Source: Myxococcota bacterium
GTDB taxonomy: Bacteria; Myxococcota_A; UBA9042; PHBI01; JAWLBL01
NCBI GenBank assembly: GCA_041687695.1
Contig: JAWLBL010000033.1
Coordinates: 1-64,000, forward strand
DNA length: 64,000 bases
Reading direction: 5' to 3'
Below, piece by piece: positions 48,844 to 59,316 of this stretch. The notes beneath the pieces are model-generated. The model ran no database searches. It was not told where the DNA came from and worked only from the letters and a program-made list of their open reading frames with translations. Made by a program: the position numbers and the translations under genes. The stretch's first letter is position 1, and each line of letters opens with the position of its first letter.

Positions 48844-49863
48844 TCAGCCGGGCTCCTCGCGCGTGCGTTGCCACAGCCAGGCCGCCCCGGCCGCGGCCGC
48901 CGCCAGGCCCAGCACCCCGAGCACGCCGCGGTGCTCGTTCATCCACAGCTGCGGGCTGAAGCCGCGCGACCGCGCGTCGAAGTCGCCGTGGGCGCCCAGA
49001 TCCCGGCCGAGCGGCTCCCACAGGTTGTCCGGGCGGTCCGGATCGGCCGGCGCGTCGGTCATCTGTCCGTCCCAGGCGACGCGCGCCAGGTAGCGGTCGA
49101 GCAACCCCGGGATGAAGCGGTTGCCGATGATGGCCTTGAGCGCGGACAGCCCCACGGCCATGCTGCGGCGCCGCGCGTGGGCCGCGTGCACGATGGCGCG
49201 GGCGGCGACCTCGGGTTGGTAGATGGGCGGCACCGGCTGCGGGGCGCGCGGCAGGCGCGAGCGCACCTGCTCGAACTGGGGCGTGTTGACCGCGGGCAGG
49301 TGGACCATCCCGACGTGGACGCGGCTGCCCTCGTGGATGAGCTCCGAGCGCAGCGACTCGGAGTAGCGCAGGATGGCGCCCTTGCTGGCGCAGTAGGCGG
49401 ACTGCAGCGGGATCGAGCGAAAGGCCAGGGCCGAGCTGACCTGGATGATGACGCCCTCGTCGCGTGGCTTCATGCGCTTGAGCGCCGCCTGCGTCCCGTA
49501 GACGTAGCCCAGGTAGTTGACCTCGATGACCCGCTTGTACTCGTCCGGGGTCGTCTGCCAGACCGGCGCGAAGACCGACACCATCGCGCAGTTGATCCAG
49601 ATGTCGATGGGCCCGAACTCGCGCTCGACCGCCTCGGCGGCCTCCTCGACCTGGTCCGGGTCCGACACGTCCGTCGGCAGCACCAGCGCGCGTCCGCCCA
49701 GCTCCTCGACCTCGCGCCGCGCGTCTTCGAGCCCCTCGAGGCCGCGCGCCAGCAGCCCGATGAGCGCCCCCTCGCGCGCGAGCTCGCGCACCGTCGCGCG
49801 CCCGACGCCCGCCGAGGCGCCCGTGACCACCACCACCTTGCGATGTTCTCCGTTTCGCTTCAT
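48844..49863 (-). CDS. SDR family oxidoreductase
   Basis: TGASAGVG and YCASK motifs. Confidence 0.9.
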   Translation of the reverse strand: MKRNGEHRKVVVVTGASAGVGRATVRELAREGALIGLLARGLEGLEDARREVEELGGRALVLPTDVSDPDQVEEAAEAVEREFGPIDIWINCAMVSVFAPVWQTTPDEYKRVIEVNYLGYVYGTQAALKRMKPRDEGVIIQVSSALAFRSIPLQSAYCASKGAILRYSESLRSELIHEGSRVHVGMVHLPAVNTPQFEQVRSRLPRAPQPVPPIYQPEVAARAIVHAAHARRRSMAVGLSALKAIIGNRFIPGLLDRYLARVAWDGQMTDAPADPDRPDNLWEPLGRDLGAHGDFDARSRGFSPQLWMNEHRGVLGVLGLAAAAAGAAWLWQRTREEPG

Positions 49864-49932
49864 CCGGCTGCCCTCCGTTCAATCGCCTCGCGGCCCCGGT
49901 GACCTGGCGCCAACGCGTCGCCCGGCCCCCCG

Positions 49933-50406
49933 TCAACCGACGTAGACGGGGCGTCCGGTCCGCTCGATGGCGCGCAGGGCGGCCGTGGTCGCGCCCGCGT
50001 AGACGACGTGGTGCGCGGCGTCCAGGCCGACCTCCTTGGCCCCCCACTCCTTGACCGGCGGCACGACCCCCAGGCGCGGCAGCATGAGCAGCTCCGCCCC
50101 CCAGATCAGCCCGAAGTGCAGGGCGGCCCTGGCCGTGGGCGACAGCCTCGTCAGCGTCAACAGCCCTCCGACCGCGCCCCAGGCCGTCCCATAGCCCCAG
50201 TGTGTCACGTTCGCCAGCCGCTGCTCGGCCTCGTCGTCGCCCGGCTCGAGGTCGAAGACCTCCTCGACGGCCTCGGCCGGCGTCCGGCTCGGGCCGCGCC
50301 CCCGCACCTTCGCCTCCAACGTGCTCACGAGCGTCATCGCGGCCGTGCCCACGAGCCCCGCGAACAGCCCCTCGCCGATCGCCGTCGCGACATCGCGCGT
50401 CGCCAT
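49933..50406 (-). CDS. Hypothetical membrane protein (DUF1440-like)
   Basis: GLFAGLVGTAAMT, HWGYG..WG and HHVVYA motifs. Confidence 0.7.
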   Translation of the reverse strand: MATRDVATAIGEGLFAGLVGTAAMTLVSTLEAKVRGRGPSRTPAEAVEEVFDLEPGDDEAEQRLANVTHWGYGTAWGAVGGLLTLTRLSPTARAALHFGLIWGAELLMLPRLGVVPPVKEWGAKEVGLDAAHHVVYAGATTAALRAIERTGRPVYVG

Positions 50407-50491
50407 GGCTCCCCCCTCGTCGTCCGGTCCGTGTTCGGCCGCGCCGCGGCGGCCACCCTCGAACCGAACCGTCCGAACCGGGAGCCCCGGT

Positions 50492-50947
50492 TCAACCCGC
50501 GCCCGGCGACGCGGCCTCGGCGTCGTTCGCCGTGGGCCAGTAGTAGGGCAGGTCGTCCGGGACGTCCGGGAACCACCGCCGGTAGATCGCGGGGTCCTTG
50601 CGAACCAGGGCCGACTGGTGCGAGCGGTGCAGCTCGCGCAGGCCCAGCCAGGGCGGCAGCACGGGCGGGCGCGTGTGGACGTCCGGGGCGAAGGCGCGGA
50701 TCTTCTCGTAGCAGGTGTCGGCGTAGCCCAGGGCGCGCCAGGTGACGCACACGACCAGGCCATAGTGCACCAGGGCCGGCTCGTGACCGCGCCACATCAG
50801 GACGGCCGGGTGACTGCGCCAGCCGCGGCTGCGCCCGGTGAGGGCGTTGAGGATCTGCAGCGTCTCGACGCGCTGCTTGCCCAGACGCTTGGGGTCGAGG
50901 ACCCGCGCGCTCTCTTCGAAGCTGGCGAACGGAAGGAAGGTCTGCAC
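50492..50947 (-). CDS. MSMEG_6728 family / pyrimidine-dimer DNA glycosylase-like protein
   Basis: QTFLP...LD.KRLGKQRVE, HPAV.MW and SHQS.LVRKDP..Y motifs. Confidence 0.85.
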   Translation of the reverse strand: MQTFLPFASFEESARVLDPKRLGKQRVETLQILNALTGRSRGWRSHPAVLMWRGHEPALVHYGLVVCVTWRALGYADTCYEKIRAFAPDVHTRPPVLPPWLGLRELHRSHQSALVRKDPAIYRRWFPDVPDDLPYYWPTANDAEAASPGAG

Positions 50948-51042
50948 GGCTGCTCCCTCGGGTCGCCTGGCCTGCAGGCTCTCGGTGCGACCCGAGGGGA
51001 GGGGGTAAGCACTCGGGATGACAGGACAAACCCCGCTGGCGC

Positions 51043-51744
51043 TCAGCCGGCGAGCCAGCGTCCGTTGGGCTCGGAGGGCGGCCCCTCTCCCAGGCTGACG
51101 CGATGCTCCTCGAGCATGCGCACGATCTCGTCGTCGCGCAGCTTGGGGAAGGCCTCGTACCACAGGCTCACGGCGCGCAGCTCGCGCGGGGCGTCGAGGG
51201 CGACCAGCTCGTCCACCTCGGGGGCGATGAGCGCGAGGGTCTCGGCGGCCCCGACCGGGACGGCGACGACCAGCCGCGCCGCGCCGCGCTGACGCATCGA
51301 GCAGATGGCGGCGCGCAGGGTGCCGCCGGTGACGACCCCGTCATCGACCAGCACCACCGTGCGGCCCTCGACGTCGGGCAGGGGGCGTTCGCCCCGGAGG
51401 GCCTCGACGGCGCGCTCGAGCGCGGCCTCCTCGGCCGCGGCGATGCGTCCGATGTCCTCGTCGGTGGCGCCGACCAGCGCGGCGACCCGCCGCTCGAGGA
51501 ACAGGGCGCCGTCCTCGGCGATGGCGCCCATGCTGAGCTCGGGCTGAAAGGGCGCGCCCAGCTTGCGCGCCACCAGCACGTCCAGCGGCGCCCCCAGGCG
51601 GCGGGCGATCTCGAGGCCGACGGGGACCCCGCCGCGCGGCAGGGCGAGGACGACGACCCGCCCGCTGCCGGCTTCCCTACGGAGATCCGCCAGGCGCTCT
51701 GCGAGCGCCTGCCCGGCCTGCGAGCGGTCAGCGAAGCGATACAT
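51043..51744 (-). CDS. Phosphoribosyltransferase family protein
   Basis: LALPRGGVP and VVLVDDGVVTG motifs. Confidence 0.9.
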   Translation of the reverse strand: MYRFADRSQAGQALAERLADLRREAGSGRVVVLALPRGGVPVGLEIARRLGAPLDVLVARKLGAPFQPELSMGAIAEDGALFLERRVAALVGATDEDIGRIAAAEEAALERAVEALRGERPLPDVEGRTVVLVDDGVVTGGTLRAAICSMRQRGAARLVVAVPVGAAETLALIAPEVDELVALDAPRELRAVSLWYEAFPKLRDDEIVRMLEEHRVSLGEGPPSEPNGRWLAG

Positions 51745-51826
51745 TGCGACTCCGTTGCGATCCCGGACGCCCGCGGCCGGGGCCGGCGCCGGGGAGCCCC
51801 GACCGGCCGCGCCCGCGGACAGGGGA

Positions 51827-52192
51827 TCAGGCAGCGTGGAGGGCGATCGGCCAGGCGGCCGCGCGGGGGCGCTCGTCGCGCCGCTCCCCGCGATCCTTGG
51901 TGGGCTCGTCGAGGGCGTCGACGGCCATCGCGAGGCGACGCACGTCGCTCGAGCGCGACGCGAGGACCACCGGGATGGCCCGCTGGTGCAGGCCGAGGCC
52001 TCGGATGAAGCTGGCCCCGTCCAGGACGGGGCTCATCAGGTTCACGAGGACGCCATCGATGGTGCGCTCCTCGATGCGCCGCAGCGCCTCGGCGCCGTCG
52101 CGGGCCACGATGGCCTCGCAGGCGCCGCCGAACGCGGCGTCGAGCAGCGGCTCGAGGGTCCCCCGGTCGTCGATGATCAAGATGGTCCTCAT
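51827..52192 (-). CDS. Atypical single-domain receiver protein
   Basis: ILIIDD and DG.EAL motifs. VLVNLMSP has Asn at the phospho-acceptor position, and the C-terminus is degenerate. Confidence 0.55.
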   Translation of the reverse strand: MRTILIIDDRGTLEPLLDAAFGGACEAIVARDGAEALRRIEERTIDGVLVNLMSPVLDGASFIRGLGLHQRAIPVVLASRSSDVRRLAMAVDALDEPTKDRGERRDERPRAAAWPIALHAA

Positions 52193-52412
52193 GGTCTTCC
52201 CCCTCCAGACGAAGGCGGCGCGGGCCCGCGCTTCGCGAGTGCGATGGTCGAGGCGCACCGATGGGTCGGCGCGCAAGGTGCGTGCGTGTGGCTCGGTCTG
52301 AGATGGCGCTGTGATTCGGTAAGGCGCAGCGTAGTGGGGCCGGGTGACGCGTCAACGTACGAGTCGCAACAGCGCGTGACGACTCGGCCGCGCGACGGTG
52401 GCGGCCGTCGGC

Positions 52413-53132
52413 TCAGGCCTCCTGGTCCTCGCTGAACTCGAGGCGCCAGCCGCGCTCGCGCATCAGAGCGTCGTACTCCTCTTCGGCCGTCTGGCCGGCT
52501 CGGTTGCGCGGCAGCCGGACCCCTAGCGCCTGGCAGGCGAGCAGCCCCGCCAGGGCGGCGACGCGATCGCGGCCGGCGTCGTCGCGGTGCAGGCGCAGGT
52601 TGGCCAACGCCGTCCGCACCCGCTGCGCCAACAGATCCTGAAGGCGTTGCGGCACGCCCGGCGCCGAATAGAAGTCGGCGAGCGTGTGCCAGTGGCGCGC
52701 GATGGGCGGCGCCCACTCGGGGTCGGCCTCCGCCTCGGCGCGGGCGCGGCGAGCGTCGGCCGTCAAACGATACCGCTCGACCAGGCTGGTCAGCGCGTCG
52801 AGTTCGAAGGGTTTTTCGATGAGGGCGATGCCGTGCTCGTGGCACATGCGCGCCACGCGCTCGTCCGATGCGCCGGTGACCAGGGCGATCGCCATCTCGG
52901 GGTTGTTGCGCAGGAGGTACTCGCCGAAGACGAGGCCCTCGATGCCCGGCAGGTGATGGTCGACGAAGGCGACATCGAAGCGATAGAAGGGCAGCTGCTC
53001 GAGGCCCTCCTCGGCCGACCCGGTCGCGACGACCTGGTGGCCCTCGCCGAGCAGGCTGGTGGTCATCAGCTCGCGGAGATCGGGGTCGTCGTCGATGACG
53101 AGGACGTGGATGAGGCCGGGCTCGGTCTCCAT
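52413..53132 (-). CDS. Response regulator with uncharacterised C-terminal domain
   Basis: VLVIDDD, FVDHHLPG, LVTG and IEKPF motifs. Confidence 0.85.
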   Translation of the reverse strand: METEPGLIHVLVIDDDPDLRELMTTSLLGEGHQVVATGSAEEGLEQLPFYRFDVAFVDHHLPGIEGLVFGEYLLRNNPEMAIALVTGASDERVARMCHEHGIALIEKPFELDALTSLVERYRLTADARRARAEAEADPEWAPPIARHWHTLADFYSAPGVPQRLQDLLAQRVRTALANLRLHRDDAGRDRVAALAGLLACQALGVRLPRNRAGQTAEEEYDALMRERGWRLEFSEDQEA

Positions 53133-53217
53133 CGCGATCACCTGGTCGTCGGTTGGCGCCGTGGGCGCTCGACAGGGCACGTGTGCCGCCCAGGATAGGG
53201 CGGCCGCGGGCGCGAGG

Positions 53218-53706
53218 TCACCAGAACGGGCGGAAAGGGAAGCGAAATTTCTCGGCCTGCGCCCTCGCGGGTGGGCGCGCGACGTCGACCCACAGGGCCT
53301 CGGCGTCGCGCTCGAGGGCGCCGAGCTGGTCGAGCAGCGCCGCTCGCGCCGCGGGCCAGCGCAGGGCGGGAGCGGCGAGCACCTGGGGCATGGCCGCCTC
53401 GAGGGCGTCCCGACGCTGACCGATCGCGGCGCGCCGCAGCTCCACGTGGACGGCGCGCCGGCCCGACAGATGGACCCGCCGACGGTCGAGGTCGGCCAGC
53501 CGCAGGTCGAGCGCGTTGAGCTCGCCTCGGACGTGCGCGGCGAAGATGGGGCGCGGCTCGTCGGCGAGGGCGAGCGCGTCCAGGGGGGGCGAGGCGACGA
53601 CCTGGGCCGGCGTGGGGGGCATCAGGGTGGGCGCGCACGCCAGGAGGGCGGCGGCGGCCCCCGAGGCGAGCCAGGTCGTCAGGGAGCGGGAAGCGGCACG
53701 GCGCAT
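53218..53706 (-). CDS. Hypothetical lipoprotein (coiled-coil)
   Basis: Lipobox LLAC and a helical body. Confidence 0.5.
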   Translation of the reverse strand: MRRAASRSLTTWLASGAAAALLACAPTLMPPTPAQVVASPPLDALALADEPRPIFAAHVRGELNALDLRLADLDRRRVHLSGRRAVHVELRRAAIGQRRDALEAAMPQVLAAPALRWPAARAALLDQLGALERDAEALWVDVARPPARAQAEKFRFPFRPFW

Positions 53707-53817
53707 CGCGGCCTCCGCGTCGGGAGGGATCCCGAGGCTCGGAGGGGGCGCGACGGCACGGGGCGGGGTTGCTGTTGGTTCAACCGCGCGGAGCCGGCGG
53801 CGATTTCGCCAGGAGGT

Positions 53818-54471
53818 TCAGCCGAGGAAGGCCAGCCGCTCGTGCTCGATCCACAGGGCCAGGGCGGCCTGGGCTTCGGCCAGGTCCAGCTCGAGGGTGC
53901 CGACGGCCCGGAGATCGGCGGCGACGGCGGCCCACGAGGCGCGCCGAACGGCGTCGGCCGCGGCGTCGTCGAGCACCGTTCGGCCGGTGAGCAGCGCCAG
54001 CGCCTCGTCGTCCTCGCCGAAGTCCTCGAGGCCCGACCAGGCGCGGTAGGCCTCCGCGTCGTGCTCGGCCCAGGCGCGCGTCGCCTCGGCCGACGTGGCC
54101 AGCACCACGGCGGCGGCGTAGGCGGCGGTAGTCGGCAAGCGCTCGGGGTTCCCGAGCCCCGCCAGCAGGGCGTCGAGGCCGGTGGTCAGCTCGACCTCTC
54201 CCGGGTAGGCCGGCTCGGGCCACTCGGGGACCCCGCTCGGGAGCCAGTCCGACGGCGCGCTGAGGAGGTCGGACGGCCAGCTCAGCTCGGGCCGGCTCGC
54301 CGCCAGGATGCGCCAGGCGCGGGCCAGGGCGCGCGCGGCGACGTCGCGGGCCGCGCCGGGGGCCAGGCCATGCAGCAGCAGGAAGCACGCGTCGGCGCAG
54401 GCGTCCCAGTCCGAGGCGGCGACGGCGGCCTCGAGCGCGCTCAGGGTCTGCTCGGCGGCGCCGTTCACCAT
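53818..54471 (-). CDS. Hypothetical protein
   Basis: Start overlaps the upstream gene stop, with protein-like composition from MVNGAAEQ. Confidence 0.6.
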   Translation of the reverse strand: MVNGAAEQTLSALEAAVAASDWDACADACFLLLHGLAPGAARDVAARALARAWRILAASRPELSWPSDLLSAPSDWLPSGVPEWPEPAYPGEVELTTGLDALLAGLGNPERLPTTAAYAAAVVLATSAEATRAWAEHDAEAYRAWSGLEDFGEDDEALALLTGRTVLDDAAADAVRRASWAAVAADLRAVGTLELDLAEAQAALALWIEHERLAFLG

Positions 54472-55778
54472 GACGCCTCGATGAGGTAGCTCTGCGGGTT
54501 GCCAGCCCAGCAGCCGACGAAGACGTAGTAGGTCGCGCCGGCGACGGCCTGGAAGGAGCCGCTCTCGGAGGTCGCGGGGCCATCGTCGTAGCCCAGCACG
54601 GCCTCGCCCGTGGCGGCGTCGTAGACGACCTTGTCGAGATCCGACGACGTCGCCCAGGTCAGCGAGACCGAGACGTTCATCGAGATGGCCGCGGTGATCG
54701 AGAAGATGTCGCTGTCGCCGGTGTACTCGGAGCCGTCGTTGCCGCAGGTCACCGTCCCCTCGAGGCACATCCCGCCGGTCGCGGGCGGCGTCAGGATCAT
54801 CGCGGTCTCGACCGTGTCGTTGGGCTCGATCTCGGCGATGCAGGTCGGGTTCGGCTCGTCGCAAGGCGGGCACATGTCCTGACCCGTCATGGCGGCGACC
54901 TGGGTCATGAACGCCGCGCAGTCCGCGTGACAGAACCCTTCGGCCAGCGGCAAGACGTCGCCGCACCCGCCGACGGTGCAGCCGCTGGTCTGGTAGGTGG
55001 CGAACAGGCGCTGCTGGCAGGCCGGCGGCAAGAATCCACAGATCTGCTCGGGGGTGAAGCCGCCGAGGTCGCCGCCGAAGGCGCCCTCGCACTGCTCGAA
55101 GACGCACGCGCAGGTCGGGTTGGCGCCGCACGGGCCGGGGTCCGCGACGCACTGGCCGGCCTGGCAGGAGCCGCTCTGGCAGGTGCCACACGAGCCGCCG
55201 CAGCCGTCGTCGCCGCAGGCCTTGCCCGCGCAGTCGGGCGTGCAGACCGCGACGCACTGGCCGGCCTGGCAGGAGCCGGTCTGGCAGGTGCCACACGAGC
55301 CGCCGCAGCCGTCGTCGCCGCAGGCCTTGCCCGCGCAGTCGGGCGTGCAGACCGCGACGCACTGGCCGGCCTGGCAGGAGCCGGTCTGGCAGGTGCCACA
55401 CGAGCCGCCGCAGCCGTCGTCGCCGCAGGCCTTGCCCGCGCAGTCGGGCGTGCAGACCGCGACGCACTGGCCGGCCTGGCAGGAGCCGCTCTGGCAGGTG
55501 CCGCACGAGCCGCCGCAGCCGTCGTCGCCGCAGGCCTTGCCCATGCAGTCGGGCGTGCAGGTCGCCGTGTCGCCGGTCGACGCGTCGGGCCCGGGATCGG
55601 AGACGTCGACCGACGTCGCGACGTCGCCCTTGTCGGCCGCGTCGCCGGTGACCTCGGCCGCGACGTCAGGCGGGGGGACGAAGCCGCCGCCAGCGCCGCC
55701 GCCTGGGGCATCGCAGGCACCCAGCAGGGTGAACGCGCAGGTGGTCAGCAGGACTGAGAGGAAGCGTCGCGAGGTCAT
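54465..55778 (-). CDS. Cys-rich repeat lipoprotein with C-terminal PPC-like domain
   Basis: Lipobox LGAC, 4x CTPDCxGKACGDDGCGGSCGTC..., and EIEPND..ETA / SDLD..VYD. Confidence 0.8.
   Translation of the reverse strand: MTSRRFLSVLLTTCAFTLLGACDAPGGGAGGGFVPPPDVAAEVTGDAADKGDVATSVDVSDPGPDASTGDTATCTPDCMGKACGDDGCGGSCGTCQSGSCQAGQCVAVCTPDCAGKACGDDGCGGSCGTCQTGSCQAGQCVAVCTPDCAGKACGDDGCGGSCGTCQTGSCQAGQCVAVCTPDCAGKACGDDGCGGSCGTCQSGSCQAGQCVADPGPCGANPTCACVFEQCEGAFGGDLGGFTPEQICGFLPPACQQRLFATYQTSGCTVGGCGDVLPLAEGFCHADCAAFMTQVAAMTGQDMCPPCDEPNPTCIAEIEPNDTVETAMILTPPATGGMCLEGTVTCGNDGSEYTGDSDIFSITAAISMNVSVSLTWATSSDLDKVVYDAATGEAVLGYDDGPATSESGSFQAVAGATYYVFVGCWAGNPQSYLIEASW
55144..55560 (-). repeat. Intragenic 105-bp tandem repeat, 4 copies (35-aa Cys repeat)
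   Basis: Near-identical units start at 55144, 55249, 55354 and 55459. Confidence 0.9.
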
Positions 55779-55934
55779 GGTGGCTCCTGGCGGCAGGGGG
55801 CGAGGGCGGCGGACCCTAGCAGGCCCGAGGCCTCGCGAGAAGGGGGCAGCGGTCCTGCGGCGGGCGCCGGCGGGGTTCCTGGAGGCGCGGTCGGTCCTAG
55901 GGTGTCGGAGCGCACGCGACGATCGGGAGGTCTC

Positions 55935-56537
55935 ATGACGCGAAGGCTGCTGCTGGCGATCGCGATGGCGCTGATGGTGGCGCCTGCAGCCTACGCGCAG
56001 CCGTGGACGCCGTCGCCGGCCCCTGGCGCGCCACCCGCCGGCGCCAACCGCTTCCACGGGCCGCTCGACGCGGCCGTCGAGCTCGCGGCGCGCGAGCAGC
56101 GCCCGCTGCTGGTGTACTTCACCGGGCCTGGCTGTCCGGCGTGTGTCGTCATGGGCCGCACCGTGCTGTCGCGGACCGACGTGCGCGACGCCGCGGCGCC
56201 CTTCATCGAGGTGGTCGTCGACGTCACCACGCCCGCCGGCACGTCCGCGGCGCGCGCCTTCGACGTCGAGCGCCCCCCGGCGCTGATCGTGCTCCGCCCC
56301 GACGGGACCGAGCTGCGCTCGGCGCGCATGGAGGGACCCCAGCGAGGGCGCGACGTGGTGTGGCACCTGCGCGCCGCCGTCAACGACCCGACCCTGGTCC
56401 CGCCCGAGCCCGACTCGGAGCCCGCGCCCCTGGCGCTGCGCTCGGAGCCTCAGGGGTTGTCGCTGCTGCTGCTCGTGGTCGTCCTGATCGCCGCCCTGTC
56501 GCTGTTTCTGGCGACGCGCCGCCGCCGTGCGCGCTGA
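55935..56537 (+). CDS. Thioredoxin-fold protein with signal peptide and C-terminal membrane anchor
   Basis: LLVYFTGPGCPAC motif and a C-terminal TM helix followed by RRRR. Confidence 0.75.
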   Translation: MTRRLLLAIAMALMVAPAAYAQPWTPSPAPGAPPAGANRFHGPLDAAVELAAREQRPLLVYFTGPGCPACVVMGRTVLSRTDVRDAAAPFIEVVVDVTTPAGTSAARAFDVERPPALIVLRPDGTELRSARMEGPQRGRDVVWHLRAAVNDPTLVPPEPDSEPAPLALRSEPQGLSLLLLVVVLIAALSLFLATRRRRAR

Positions 56538-56588
56538 CGCCCGGCCCCTCGGATGTTCGGCCGCGCCCCACGCCAGCGAGGATGCTGG

Positions 56589-58919
56589 CTATGTGGCCGA
56601 CGGCTCGGCGCTGGGCGCGACGGTGACGACCACCGACTTCGAGATCGGCGTCAGGCTGCGCGCCGCCACGCGGCCCAGGGGCACCAGCGGGTTCGCCTCG
56701 GGGAAGTACGTCGCGACGCACCCGCGCGGGATCTCGTAGGCCACCGCCGTGAACCCGCGCACCTCGCGCCGCGTGCCGTCGTAGTGGCTGGCCAGGTCCA
56801 CGCGGTCGCCCGGCCGCAGCCCGCGCGCCTCGAGGTCCGCCGGGTGCATGAACACGACGCGCCGGCCGCCGTAGACGCCCCGATAGCGGTCGTCCAGGCC
56901 GTAGATCGTCGTGTTGTATTGGTCGTGGCTGCGCACCGTCATCATCAACAGCTCGCCCGGCCCCAGCTGCCGCCGCGGCACCGGATGCACGGTGAAGCGC
57001 GCCCGGCCCGTCTCGGTGTCCCACACCCGCTGGCGCGCCGCGTTGGGCAGCGCGAAGCCGCCGCGCCGCAGCCGCGCGTCGAAGTCCTCGAACCCCGGCA
57101 CGACGCGCGCGACGAGCCCGCGCACCCGGCCGTAGTCGGCCCCCAGCGCCGGCCAGTCCACCGGCGCCGCCCCGAACAGCGCCGCCCCGATCCCGGCGAC
57201 GATGGCCGGCTCGCTGCACAGGTGCTCGGACGCCGGCTCGGCCCGCCCGCGCGAGGCGTGAACCAGCCCCATCGAGTCCTCGACCGACACCACCTGCTCG
57301 ACGCCGCCCTGCACGTCCCGCTCGGTCCGCCCCAGGCACGGCAGGATGAGCGACGTCCGCCCTGGCACCAGGTGCGACCGGTTGAGCTTGGTCGACACGT
57401 GCACCGTCAGCCGGCACCGCCGCAGCGCCTCGGCCGTCCGCGCGCTGTCGGGCGACGCCGAGTAGAAGTTGCCGCCCATCGCCATGAACACCCGCGTGCG
57501 CCCGCTCGCCATCGCCTCGATGGCCTCCACCACGCTGACCCCGTGCGCCCGCGGCGCCCGCACGCCCGTCGCCGCCTCGAGCGCCGCCAGGAACGCCTCC
57601 GGGGGCCGCTCCCAGATGCCCATCGTCCGGTCGCCCTGCACATTCGAGTGCCCCCGCACCGGGCACAGCCCGGCCCCCGGCCGCCCGACGTTCCCCCGCA
57701 GCAGCAGCAGGTTCGTCACCATCTGCACGTTGGCCACGCCGTGCTCGTGTTGCGTCAGCCCCATCGCCCACGCGGCGATGACCGCCTTCGCCCCCACGTA
57801 CAGCCCCGCCAGCTCGCGCATCGTCGCCTCGGCGACCCCGCTATCGGCGACCAGCGCCTCCCACGGCTCGGCCGCGACCGCCGCCGCCAGCGCCTCGAAC
57901 CCGTCCGTGTGCTCGCGCACGAAGGCGTGGTCCAGCACCTCGCCCGGCCGCCGCGCCTCCTCCTCGAGCACCGCCTTGATCACCCCCGCCAGCAGCGCCA
58001 CGTCCCCGCCGATGCGCACCGGCACGTGCAGCGACGCCAGCGGCGTCCCCGACCCCAGCAGCCCCCGCACCTCCTGCGGGTGCTTGAACCGCACCAGCCC
58101 CGCCTCGCGCAGCGGGTTGACGCTGACGATCCGCGCCCCGCGCCGCGCCGCCTCCTGCAGCGTCGACAACATCCGCGGGTGGTTCGTCCCCGGGTTCTGC
58201 CCCATGACCAGGATCAGGTCGGCCGCCTCGAAGTCGCTCAGCTGCACCGTCCCCTTGCCGACCCCGATCGCCTCGGTCAGCCCCACGCCGCTGGACTCGT
58301 GGCACAGGTTCGAGCAGTCCGGCAGGTTGTTCGTCCCCAGCTGCCGCGCCAGCAGCTGATACAGGAAGGCCGCCTCGTTGCTGGTCCGCCCCGACGTGTA
58401 GAACACCGCCTCGTCGGGCGACCCCAGCGCCCGCAGCTCGCCCGCGACCAGCGCCAGCGCCTCGTCCCAGCCGATCGCCTCGTACCTGTCCGATCCCTCG
58501 CGCCGCACCAGCGGGTGCGTGAGCCGCCCCGTCTCGCCCAGCCACAGGTCCGACTGCTCCCACAGCCGCGCGATGGGCCACCGAGCGAACAGCTCCGGCC
58601 CCGCGCGCCGCCGGTCGGCCTCCCACCCGATCGCCTTGGCCCCGTTCTCGCAAAACTCGGCCATCGCCCGGTGCTCGGGCTCCGGCCAGGCGCACCCCGG
58701 GCAGTCGAACCCGTCCGCCTGGTTGACCTTCATCAACAGGCCCACGCCGCGCCACAGCCCCGCCCGCCGCACGTGCCCCATCGCCTTCGAGATGGCCGGC
58801 CACCCGCCCGCCGCCTCGCCCTGCGCCGTCACGCGCAGCTCGGCCTCGGCCCCCTCGGGCCCGTGCGCGCCGCTCGCCTCCGCCGCCGCGTCTTCCCGCG
58901 TCTCGCTGCTCGCCGTCAT
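56589..58919 (-). CDS. FdhF/YdeP family molybdopterin oxidoreductase
   Basis: GFDCPGCAWP, FCENGAKA, PDCSNLCHESS, RGHSNVQG and RSHDQYNTT motifs. Confidence 0.9.
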   Translation of the reverse strand: MTASSETREDAAAEASGAHGPEGAEAELRVTAQGEAAGGWPAISKAMGHVRRAGLWRGVGLLMKVNQADGFDCPGCAWPEPEHRAMAEFCENGAKAIGWEADRRRAGPELFARWPIARLWEQSDLWLGETGRLTHPLVRREGSDRYEAIGWDEALALVAGELRALGSPDEAVFYTSGRTSNEAAFLYQLLARQLGTNNLPDCSNLCHESSGVGLTEAIGVGKGTVQLSDFEAADLILVMGQNPGTNHPRMLSTLQEAARRGARIVSVNPLREAGLVRFKHPQEVRGLLGSGTPLASLHVPVRIGGDVALLAGVIKAVLEEEARRPGEVLDHAFVREHTDGFEALAAAVAAEPWEALVADSGVAEATMRELAGLYVGAKAVIAAWAMGLTQHEHGVANVQMVTNLLLLRGNVGRPGAGLCPVRGHSNVQGDRTMGIWERPPEAFLAALEAATGVRAPRAHGVSVVEAIEAMASGRTRVFMAMGGNFYSASPDSARTAEALRRCRLTVHVSTKLNRSHLVPGRTSLILPCLGRTERDVQGGVEQVVSVEDSMGLVHASRGRAEPASEHLCSEPAIVAGIGAALFGAAPVDWPALGADYGRVRGLVARVVPGFEDFDARLRRGGFALPNAARQRVWDTETGRARFTVHPVPRRQLGPGELLMMTVRSHDQYNTTIYGLDDRYRGVYGGRRVVFMHPADLEARGLRPGDRVDLASHYDGTRREVRGFTAVAYEIPRGCVATYFPEANPLVPLGRVAARSLTPISKSVVVTVAPSAEPSAT

Positions 58920-59316
58920 GGCCCGAGCCTACAGGCGCGTCCCCGGCGACGCCATCCCACCGCCGGCCGCGCGCGGCGGCCGCCCGGCCGGAGCCGCGAG
59001 GGGAGGGGATGTGCAGGGAGCCCGGCACGGTCGGGGTGACGTCTGACGCGGCGCGGCCGGGGAGTTGGCCTCGTTCGCATCTCATGACGCCCTGACCCGG
59101 TCCGTGCCGAGCTCGCTCGCGACGTCGGGGGGCTCGGCCACGAGCGGTCCTGCGGTGCATCCACGTCGGGGGCGATCGCGATGCACTGATGAGTCCGACC
59201 CTGCCCCACGCCGGGGCCAACGACCATTACAACGCATGACACGGCCGCGCACCAAGCCCCTCCGCCGCGGCCGCCCGCTGGCGGCGTCCCGCGCCGCCGC
59301 CTATCGTCCGCACCCT

